Assembly (NCBI GenBank): GCA_030648615.1
Contig: JAUSHJ010000040.1
Location: 6,769 to 70,768 of the forward strand
Direction of reading: 5' to 3'
Length of the DNA: 64,000 nucleotides
Origin: Candidatus Micrarchaeota archaeon
GTDB lineage: Archaea > Micrarchaeota > Micrarchaeia > Anstonellales > Bilamarchaeaceae
This document shows, piece by piece, positions 9,716 to 17,111 of the stretch; the first letter of the stretch is position 1, and each line of letters opens with the position of its first letter. A program made the translations under genes and the position numbers. The notes beneath the pieces are model-generated. The model had not been told where the DNA came from. It was given only the letters and a program-made list of their open reading frames with translations, and searched no databases.

Positions 9716-10429
9716 ATGACAAAAACTATTTATCTCTATGACAGCTATGCAAAAGACTGTGACGCAATCGTACAGTTAATCGACGGCAAATTCATTATTC
9801 TCGATCAAACTGTTTTCTTTGCACGCGGAGGAGGTCAGCCTGGAGATACTGGGAAAATAGTTAGAGTAGGTGATAATGTTGAATTCACTGTTTTATCCGT
9901 AGGCAAGAAAGACGGAGTAATTGCTCATGAAGCAGACAAAGATGGTTTAGCTATTGGGGATAAAGTAAAATGTTCGATTAACTGGGATCGTCGCTATAGA
10001 CTAATGAGAATTCATACTGCTACTCACATATTAGCTGCAATAATGCACAAGGAAGAAGGTGTTTTGATTAGTGGAAATGAACTAGGGGAAGATAAGGCAA
10101 GAGTTGATTTTAACCTAGTGGACGTAACCAAGGAAAAAATTGAAGCGTACATAGTCAAGACGAACGATGCTCTTAAGAGAAATCTAGATATCAAAACCTA
10201 TTTCTTGCCAAGAGCAGAAGCACTGGCATTACCTGGAGCAGTAAAGCTTTTGGCTGCATTGCCACCTAACATAACTGAACTAAGAATTGTAGAAATTGGA
10301 GATGTAGACAGGCAAATTGACGGCGGTACTCACGTCAAAAATACATCAGAAGTTGGGGAAATTGAACTAATTAGGATAGATAATAAAGGGGCAAGTAATA
10401 GGCGGGTTTACTTTAAGTTGAAAGACTAG
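9716..10429 (+). CDS. alaXM: alanyl-tRNA editing protein AlaX-M
   Basis: GGGQPGDTG, HTATH, DGGTHV. Confidence 0.9.
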   Translation: MTKTIYLYDSYAKDCDAIVQLIDGKFIILDQTVFFARGGGQPGDTGKIVRVGDNVEFTVLSVGKKDGVIAHEADKDGLAIGDKVKCSINWDRRYRLMRIHTATHILAAIMHKEEGVLISGNELGEDKARVDFNLVDVTKEKIEAYIVKTNDALKRNLDIKTYFLPRAEALALPGAVKLLAALPPNITELRIVEIGDVDRQIDGGTHVKNTSEVGEIELIRIDNKGASNRRVYFKLKD

Positions 10430-10466
10430 TCAGTTATCCTGAGACAAGATATATCTAGTCTCAATC

Positions 10467-10542
10467 TATACAGAACCAGTGTCACGACAATTCGTGACAC
10501 TATTTGTCAACAATGTTGACAAACCAAAGTTGGTTCTGTATA
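10467..10542. repeat. hairpin (tatacagaacca/tggttctgtata) interrupted by a 48-bp two-hairpin module
   Basis: Inner gtgtcacga..tcgtgacac and tttgtcaaca..tgttgacaaa; AACCA duplicated at 10474 and 10522. Confidence 0.85.
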
Positions 10543-10586
10543 TAAACATTTCCTTACATCATAATATCCTCTAGGCTCCAAGTAAT

Positions 10587-10803
10587 AGCGGGGTAACGCA
10601 TTCTAAAACTTTTTAACATTTAGGGTGCGCCTCATGGGGAGCTTGGAGTTCCCGCTGGAAGTTGTATCTAGTATTTCTTATTGGATACATCTGGCAAAGC
10701 TCATAACCCAGTTGTGTCTTTTGATTAAAAGATGCAGGGCAAAGATCGATGGTTCAAATATTTGAACCACTTTTGGTTTGAGTTGGAATTCCATCCCCCG
10801 CTA
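10587..10803 (+). tRNA. initiator tRNA-Met(CAU) with four BHB introns (9/10, 30/31, 43/44, 59/60)
   Basis: Exons 10587-10595, 10636-10658, 10699-10711, 10743-10758, 10790-10803 give a 75-nt cloverleaf with A1-U72 and a GGG/CCC anticodon stem. Confidence 0.93.
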
Positions 10804-10834
10804 TTTTTATTTTTTTTGAGTCTAGAGTTCCCAA

Positions 10835-11053
10835 TTGTTCATCGTTATGAACAACACAATTTTCCGAAGTATCGGAAAATGTGCACATTGTTGCGTACAA
10901 CAATTGTGTGGGCGCAATTATTTTCTGCGGAAAATAATGCATTGTCGGCAGTGTCAAAAATGCCGACAAGTATTGACGCGTATAGCGTCAATGCACATTG
11001 ACAACACTTTGATTCATTGTCAATTGCGCATTGTTGCTCTGAGCAACAATTGC
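10835..11053. repeat. array of 8 contiguous short hairpins
   Basis: ttgttcat/atgaacaa, ttttccga/tcggaaaa, attgttg/caacaat, attattttc/gaaaataat, ttgtcggca/tgccgacaa, attgacgc/gcgtcaat, attgacaa/ttgtcaat, attgttgctc/gagcaacaat. Confidence 0.9.
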
Positions 11054-11094
11054 GTTTAGTCTCCGGTTTAGTGTTTCGAATTTTCTATCTAGTT

Positions 11095-12048
11095 CTAATT
11101 CACACTGCATCTAGAATTCGTACACGTGCTATTTCCAGAAATAACTGCACATGATAAAGTAGCCGAGTTTACATCGTTTCCTTGGCAGTAGTACTCTAAA
11201 ACTTTCGAGCTATCCACGCAAGTGTCCTGATAAAGAATTCCTGAGGCTACAACTGAACCTGCAATTTCTCTAGTTATTCCATCACTGTCAGTGCAACCAG
11301 TAGCATTCAAATTAGTAATACAAGCTCCATTTGTACAATGCGTGAGCGTAGGGCAGTTAACCAGATCATATGCTGAAGTATTTCCATTACAATAATATTC
11401 CGTTAATATGTTATTGGTGCATTTATCATCTGAGACGTCTAAGAATCCAGAATTATCATCTATTGTTACCTTACCAAATGTTGATATATTATATCCATCA
11501 CTATCAGTACAAGTAGTTTCTTTTCTTATGCATCTTCCATCATAACAATTAGTTTTTTCAGGGCATTCAGATATTGCACCATCTACCAGATTATCCTTGC
11601 AACTATACTCACGTATATTTTTGTTCCCGGTGCAAGAATCAGTTTTAGTATCTCCGTTCAATTCCACAGTTCCTTTCGTGAATAAGTCACTGTCATCACT
11701 ATCGGTACACGTGTTATTTTTCTTTGGGGTGCATTTACCGAAATAACACTGATACCCTTGTGGGCAATTTATTTTTTCTATTTGTACTAAAGATTCATTA
11801 CAATAATTTTCTTCCAAAGTTGTTATGCTGGTACAATGATCGGTAAACTTCTTATTTGCTAAAGTGACAAATCCTTCAGTGTATATATCTATTGCATTAC
11901 TTCCATTACAATAGTCTGCAGGTGTAGGAATTGTTTCTATCGTAGAGTTATTATTAGTTTTATTATCTAAATTTACTTTGTTTTTACTATTAGAAGTACA
12001 ACCAAACAATAAAACCAAAACTACCAGACACAGAAGAAATTTTTTCAT
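11095..12048 (-). CDS. Cys-rich repeat surface lipoprotein-like protein
   Basis: Lipobox-like LLFGC; four repeats of C-x-D/G-S-D/N...D-x-C...E-x-x-C...C...G-x-C. Confidence 0.8.
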   Translation of the reverse strand: MKKFLLCLVVLVLLFGCTSNSKNKVNLDNKTNNNSTIETIPTPADYCNGSNAIDIYTEGFVTLANKKFTDHCTSITTLEENYCNESLVQIEKINCPQGYQCYFGKCTPKKNNTCTDSDDSDLFTKGTVELNGDTKTDSCTGNKNIREYSCKDNLVDGAISECPEKTNCYDGRCIRKETTCTDSDGYNISTFGKVTIDDNSGFLDVSDDKCTNNILTEYYCNGNTSAYDLVNCPTLTHCTNGACITNLNATGCTDSDGITREIAGSVVASGILYQDTCVDSSKVLEYYCQGNDVNSATLSCAVISGNSTCTNSRCSVN

Positions 12049-12091
12049 ATAATATTTACTACACTAAAATTATAAAAACAGTATATTAATT

Positions 12092-12613
12092 CTAGATATA
12101 CTGCAAAGATAGTTTTCCTAAGTATGCAAGAATTGTGAAACTCAAAATTCTTCCGCAAGCTGTTGCAAGTAAATATCTCCATACTGGGATTTTTAATGCA
12201 CCTGCTGCCAAACCAGCAATGTCAAATACTGGGTTCGGAATTAATGCTAAAACAAATATTGCAAGGACGTCATATTTTTCTACCCATTCTTTGTATTTTT
12301 TGAATTGTGAATTAGTATTTATTATATCAGAAGCTCCACGGCCAGCAACGTAACCAGTCAGTTCTCCTATTGCAGATCCAGTTCCTCCTATCAATCCAAC
12401 AAGGATGGGATCCAGAGATCTGCCTAATGCCAATACGATAAATCTTCCAGGTCCCGGTATTAGAACTGTGGCAGACGATGCTATTGCAATTATAAATAAT
12501 CCCAAGTATCCAAGTTCTTTGAATTTTTCTATTTCGTTGTTTAGTGAAAATACCAGTATGATCGTCAATACTGCAAATACTATTTGAACTATTCCTTGGG
12601 TTTTTGTGTCCAT
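12092..12613 (-). CDS. DedA/VTT (SNARE-associated) membrane protein
   Basis: GSAIGELTGY..G, IPNPVFDIAGLAAG. Confidence 0.85.
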   Translation of the reverse strand: MDTKTQGIVQIVFAVLTIILVFSLNNEIEKFKELGYLGLFIIAIASSATVLIPGPGRFIVLALGRSLDPILVGLIGGTGSAIGELTGYVAGRGASDIINTNSQFKKYKEWVEKYDVLAIFVLALIPNPVFDIAGLAAGALKIPVWRYLLATACGRILSFTILAYLGKLSLQYI

Positions 12614-12625
12614 AATTATCACTAG

Positions 12626-12712
12626 TTGGCTCAGCTGATCCTCTTTCAGTCACTGTTGTCAGGTTACTTCGGGTACCCCGACCGACTAAATACCTCTACT
12701 CATCATCGCCAA
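12626..12712 (-). ncRNA. probable C/D-box sRNA or K-turn leader
   Basis: Minus strand ttggc-g-ATGATGA...CTGA-gccaa: C and D boxes closed by a 5-bp terminal stem, with an internal hairpin. Confidence 0.6.
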
Positions 12713-13048
12713 TTATAATGTGTTGGCGAGCTTTGAAAATACTTATCTTTTCAAATAAATATGTAATATCAGTGGTTATGGTTGCTAATTTAAAACCTAT
12801 CGAGACAAAGTATTCCTGCTATTGGCTATTAGTCAGTGGCAGGTTAGCTAATTATAAATTAACTGCTGTCACGATCGAGGAAACATCGTTTCCGAGATAT
12901 TTGCTCGATAGAGCAAACGGAAGTGACTGGAATTCTGTCTTTAAGAAATACTGAAGACTAGGAAGGCCATATTGCATTAGTTTAGCATTAGTCAATGGGT
13001 GATTGAACTAACTAGTTCAATACTCATAAATTACAGTAGTAATTTATT

Positions 13049-13198
13049 GGGCTCGTAGCTCAGTACCGTTTGTATCAATTAATATACTCGGTTGAGTAAC
13101 AGCAGAGCACCCGCCTTGCACGCGGGGGGCCGAGGGTGCGAGAGCTTTGTCCTGGCGGACAAAATTAGCCAGCAAAGCCGTCTATCCCTCCGAGTCCA
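13049..13198 (+). tRNA. tRNA-Ala(UGC) with two introns (~16/17: 13065-13098; 59/60: 13143-13184)
   Basis: GGGCTCG/CGAGTCC acceptor with G3-U70; anticodon arm cccgc-cttgcac-gcggg; T stem gaggg/ccctc; BHB-like junctions. Confidence 0.88.
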
Positions 13199-13211
13199 TT
13201 TCTTCTTTTTT

Positions 13212-13239
13212 GTCTTGTGTTGTGGGTCTTGAGTCTTGC
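13212..13239 (+). repeat. heptamer array
   Basis: gtcttgt gttgtgg gtcttga gtcttgc. Confidence 0.6.
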
Positions 13240-13477
13240 CTACTGACGAATGAAAAACCTATTACTATTAGCGTCAGCTATGGACGAAGGAGGGAAGAGT
13301 CTTGTTATGATAGTGTCTGGATTCAAACGAAACTGGTGCAACTGTCGAAAGAAAAAATATTATATTTGATGCCAGTGCCAAATAATAATCTGGTAAATCG
13401 CTATGCAATATTCTGGTACTATCAATCAGTTCCATTTATCTAACTTTCTCTCTTTAATATAGAAAAAAGGTAAGTAT

Positions 13478-14554
13478 ATGCAATTAAAGAAAACTCCGTT
13501 GAATGCAGCACATTATCGTTTAGGAGCAAAAATGGTTGAGTTTGGCGGCTGGGATATGCCTGTTCAGTATACTGGCATAATCGAAGAACATAATGCTGTA
13601 CGAAACACCGTAGGCATATTCGATGTTTCTCATATGGGAGAAGTATACGTTACTGGCCTCAATGCCAAAACATTCATAAATAATCTAATTACTAACGACA
13701 TAAACAAATTAGTGCCTGGCCAAATCTTATACTCCCCAATGTGCTATGAGCATGGTGGCATTGTTGATGATCTTCTAGTCTATAAATTTAGTGATGAGAA
13801 ATTTCTAATTGTTGTTAATGCCTCTAATATCGATAAGGATTTTGCCTGGATGCAGAAAAATTCTCAGGGTGCAGAATTAGTTGATCATAGTTCTGATGTT
13901 GGAGAAGTTGCGTTACAGGGTCCAAAAGCGCACTTAGTATTGCAGAAATTAACTAAGTTTGATTTGAATTCGCTCAAGACATTCTACTTTGCTGAATTCG
14001 AAGTTGCAGGGGTCAAGTGTTTAGTTTCAAGGACTGGTTATACTGGGGAAGACGGGTTTGAGATATATATTCAGGCAATAGAAACCGAGAATATCTGGAA
14101 TGCTATTCTAGAAGCAGGTCAAGAGTTTGGCATCAAGCCTTGCGGCTTGGGTTGTAGAGATTCATTGAGGTTAGAGGCAGGACTAATGCTCTATGGCAAT
14201 GATATGACTGAGAACGTTACGCCATTAGAAGCACCATTGAAATGGACGGTAAAACTTGATAATCATGAATTTATTGGAAAAAAAGCACTTCTAGAAAAAC
14301 CACTTACCAGAAAGCTAGTTGGTTTTGAATTATTAGAGCGTGCAGTTTCTAGGCATGGCAATGAGGTTTATATCAACGGGCAGAAGTTTGATTTAGTTGC
14401 CAGTGGTATTTTTTCTCCTACACTGCAGAAACCAATAGGATTTGCATTCGTTCCTATGGATTTACCAATGGGGGGAGAAATTGAAATAAAAATTAGAGAA
14501 GGAAAAATAGTTAAGGCAAAAATTTGTAGCCATAGATTTTATAAGAGGAAATAA
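13478..14554 (+). CDS. gcvT: glycine cleavage T protein (aminomethyltransferase)
   Basis: FGGWDMPVQY, FDVSHMG, RTGYTGEDGFE, RDSLRLEAG. Confidence 0.97.
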   Translation: MQLKKTPLNAAHYRLGAKMVEFGGWDMPVQYTGIIEEHNAVRNTVGIFDVSHMGEVYVTGLNAKTFINNLITNDINKLVPGQILYSPMCYEHGGIVDDLLVYKFSDEKFLIVVNASNIDKDFAWMQKNSQGAELVDHSSDVGEVALQGPKAHLVLQKLTKFDLNSLKTFYFAEFEVAGVKCLVSRTGYTGEDGFEIYIQAIETENIWNAILEAGQEFGIKPCGLGCRDSLRLEAGLMLYGNDMTENVTPLEAPLKWTVKLDNHEFIGKKALLEKPLTRKLVGFELLERAVSRHGNEVYINGQKFDLVASGIFSPTLQKPIGFAFVPMDLPMGGEIEIKIREGKIVKAKICSHRFYKRK

Positions 14555-14875
14555 TTATCTTCTAGTAACTACCTTTGCAAGCATCGGTGTTGTCTGTTCT
14601 ATCAATTCCATCTCAAGTTCCTTTATCTTTTTAACTAATGGATTCTTTTCATTCAATTTGTAAAGTACTGTTTTTCCAAACGTTCTGGTTGATTCTACTA
14701 ATTTTAATTCTATTAATCTGCCCCAATATTTGTAAAAAGTAACTTTGCTCAATCCAGTTTCATCTATGATTTGCTTCTTTGAATAGTCAAATAATCTATT
14801 TTCCAGTAGGAAATCAATCATTCTAAGTAGTGGAGTATCTCCCAAATATTCGATCAAAACTGATTTTTCTTCCAT
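14555..14875 (-). CDS. winged-helix DNA-binding protein
   Basis: IDFLLE..DYSKKQI...GLSKVT..W..L. Confidence 0.75.
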   Translation of the reverse strand: MEEKSVLIEYLGDTPLLRMIDFLLENRLFDYSKKQIIDETGLSKVTFYKYWGRLIELKLVESTRTFGKTVLYKLNEKNPLVKKIKELEMELIEQTTPMLAKVVTRR

Positions 14876-14938
14876 CTATTTCTTATGAAGATAATCATTT
14901 ATAAATCTATACTTTGAAAGGTATACTAAGTGAACTAT

Positions 14939-15208
14939 ATGGTATCAGATGATGAACTTAAGGCAACCATACTCCATCGTTTAGCCAAGAAGAGAAAGTG
15001 GGGAGAAAGCCATACTGCTTTTGAGAATGTAGCTAAAGGAGTTCCACCTCATTTCAAGGGGAGGATGAAAGATTTGGCAGAGGAACTCATTAAAGAAAAT
15101 TTTATTTTACAAAAACCAACTGGTTATGGTTTGCAAATATCCTTAAATGTTGGAAAGAGCGAAGAAATTAGATGGATCATTAAAAAATATCTACAAGTTG
15201 AACTATAA
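14939..15208 (+). CDS. conserved-looking small hypothetical protein
   Basis: KWGESHT..KGVP..KPT..SLN; divergent from the wHTH gene. Confidence 0.6.
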   Translation: MVSDDELKATILHRLAKKRKWGESHTAFENVAKGVPPHFKGRMKDLAEELIKENFILQKPTGYGLQISLNVGKSEEIRWIIKKYLQVEL

Positions 15209-15258
15209 CTAAACTTTATAAACGAAAGCAATAACTAATCAATATTGGGTAGTAGGTA

Positions 15259-15365
15259 GACAAGCTTGTTGCTTAGGGCAACAAGATGTCCACGCAATTG
15301 TCGAGCGCGACAATGCGCACATTGTTCGAAACATCGAACAATTGTGTTGTTGCAATGCAACAATT
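15259..15365. repeat. array of 4 hairpin modules upstream of gcvH
   Basis: cttgttgc/gcaacaag, attgtcg/cgacaat, attgttcga/tcgaacaat, ttgttgca/tgcaacaa. Confidence 0.85.
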
Positions 15366-15399
15366 GGATGCTAGAAGTTTGAGATTCGCTGGTGTTTTT

Positions 15400-15780
15400 A
15401 TGGCATTGAAATTTACAAAAGATCATGAATGGATAAGAACTGATGGAGATTTTGTAGTCGTAGGTATTTCTGATTATGCTCAAAAAGCACTCGGAGATTT
15501 AGTAAGTTTGGAATTGCCAAAAGTTGGCAGAGTTCTAAAACAACACGATAGTTTCTCGATTGTAGACTCGATGAAAGCAAGTAGTGATGTCTATGCACCA
15601 ATAAGTGGTGAAGTAGTAGAAATAAATTCCCCTCTTAATAATAATCCTCAATGGATAAACGAATCTCCCTATGAAAAAGGATGGATGATAAAAATTAAGC
15701 CATCAAATCCTGCCGAGTTAGATGTACTAATGTCAGAAGAAGATTACAAAAAATACCTTTCTGGTTTGGGTAGTCACTAA
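15400..15780 (+). CDS. gcvH: glycine cleavage H protein
   Basis: FTKDHEW, GISDYAQ, lipoyl site DSMKA, NESPYEKGW; start at the ATG after GGTG. Confidence 0.95.
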   Translation: MALKFTKDHEWIRTDGDFVVVGISDYAQKALGDLVSLELPKVGRVLKQHDSFSIVDSMKASSDVYAPISGEVVEINSPLNNNPQWINESPYEKGWMIKIKPSNPAELDVLMSEEDYKKYLSGLGSH

Positions 15781-17111
15781 TGAATTATATACCTATCACT
15801 GATCAAGACGAGAAAGACATGCTCGCATTGCTCGGGTTAAAAAATATAGAGGAATTGTTTACACATGTTCCAGCTAAGCTTAATCGTGACCTTGCACTCG
15901 GAGAGCCTCTAAGTGAACTTGAATTAAAGAAACATTTGCAGGAATTAAGTGAAAAGAATAACGTACTGAAATACTTTAGAGGTGCAGGAAGTTATTTGCA
16001 TTACGTTCCCAGTGCAATTAATCATCTTATTTTACGTGGTGAGTTTTTTACTGCATATACTCCATATCAGCCAGAAGTAAGTCAAGGTACTTTACAGGCA
16101 ATATACGAATTCCAAACGTTAATTTGTGCACTGACTGGTATGGATGTTGCAAATGCAAGTATGTATGATGTTGCTACAGCAGCAGCTGAATCTATGCTAT
16201 TAGCAAGAAGTGAAAATGAACGGAACGAAGTAGTCATTGCCAATCCATTAAATCCACAATATTTAGAAGTGTTGAAGACTTATGCTGCAAGTTGTGGATT
16301 TGTTTTACATGAGGGTATAAGCAAATTAACCGACAAGACTAGTTGTGTTATTGTTCAACAGCCAAGTTATCACGGATCTATAGAAGATTTAAAACAATTT
16401 TCAGACAAAATACATGAAAAAGGAGCAATGCTTGCAGTAATTATTACTGATCCTACTTCTCTTGCAATTATCGAACCTCCTGGGAGTTTTGGTGCAGATA
16501 TTGTTGTTGGGGACTTACAATGCTTTGGTAATGGGTTAAATTTTGGCGGACCGTCTGGGGGGTTTATGGCTGTAAAAAAACAGTTCATAAAGAAAATTCC
16601 AGGAAGACTTTGTGGAATGACAAATGACGATAAGGGAAATACAGGTTTCATACTTACTTTACAAGCAAGAGAGCAGCATATCAGACGTGAAAAAGCTACA
16701 AGTAACATTTGTACTAATCAGGCATTGAATGCACTTGCTTCTACTATTTATCTTTCACTTCTTGGTAAAACTGGTTTGAGAAATGTTGCTATGAAAAGTT
16801 ATCATAATGCGCACAAGTTACAAAAGTTGCTAGAGGTTAGCGGGTTTAAGCTAGTTGATGGTAGCAAACCATTGTCAGCGGGGCAAAAAAACGCTGACAA
16901 CATTTGTCACGAAACTCGTGACAAATCATTTTACAATGAATTTTTAGTTGAGACTCCAGTTCCAGTTAAAAATCTAAACGCAAAACTTCAAGACCACGGA
17001 TTTTTAGGTGGAGTAGAAGTTGCAGAAAACAAATGGTTGCTCTGTTGCACGGAAATGTTGGATGACAAGGATATTGAAAAATTTGTTGAGACCGTTAAGA
17101 GTGTGAAATAA
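15780..17111 (+). CDS. gcvPA: glycine dehydrogenase subunit 1
   Basis: TAYTPYQPEVSQG, NASMYD, REQHIRREKATSNICTNQ. Confidence 0.97.
   Translation: MNYIPITDQDEKDMLALLGLKNIEELFTHVPAKLNRDLALGEPLSELELKKHLQELSEKNNVLKYFRGAGSYLHYVPSAINHLILRGEFFTAYTPYQPEVSQGTLQAIYEFQTLICALTGMDVANASMYDVATAAAESMLLARSENERNEVVIANPLNPQYLEVLKTYAASCGFVLHEGISKLTDKTSCVIVQQPSYHGSIEDLKQFSDKIHEKGAMLAVIITDPTSLAIIEPPGSFGADIVVGDLQCFGNGLNFGGPSGGFMAVKKQFIKKIPGRLCGMTNDDKGNTGFILTLQAREQHIRREKATSNICTNQALNALASTIYLSLLGKTGLRNVAMKSYHNAHKLQKLLEVSGFKLVDGSKPLSAGQKNADNICHETRDKSFYNEFLVETPVPVKNLNAKLQDHGFLGGVEVAENKWLLCCTEMLDDKDIEKFVETVKSVK
16865..16930. repeat. 57-bp in-frame two-hairpin insertion inside gcvPA
   Basis: ttgtcagcg..cgctgacaa plus tttgtcacga..tcgtgacaaa between caaaccatt and caaatcatt direct repeats. 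Confidence 0.8.

Noticed and set aside
10835-11053. CRISPR array
   Set aside because: No identical direct repeats with unique spacers, and no cas genes in the window.
10732-11059. Short ORFs 10732-11001, 10754-10969 and 10835-11059
   Set aside because: They overlap the tRNA and hairpin array; chance open frames.
12626-12976. 5S rRNA, SRP RNA, RNase P RNA, or TPP/glycine/fluoride riboswitch
   Set aside because: Only fragmentary resemblance (gaggaaac, aacctga, ggcgatg); the diagnostic motifs and pairings are missing.
13147-13443. 98-aa ORF
   Set aside because: Starts inside the tRNA-Ala intron; no recognisable motif.
15286-15399. N-terminal extension of GcvH
   Set aside because: It is translated hairpin array; a better RBS and ATG lie at 15400.
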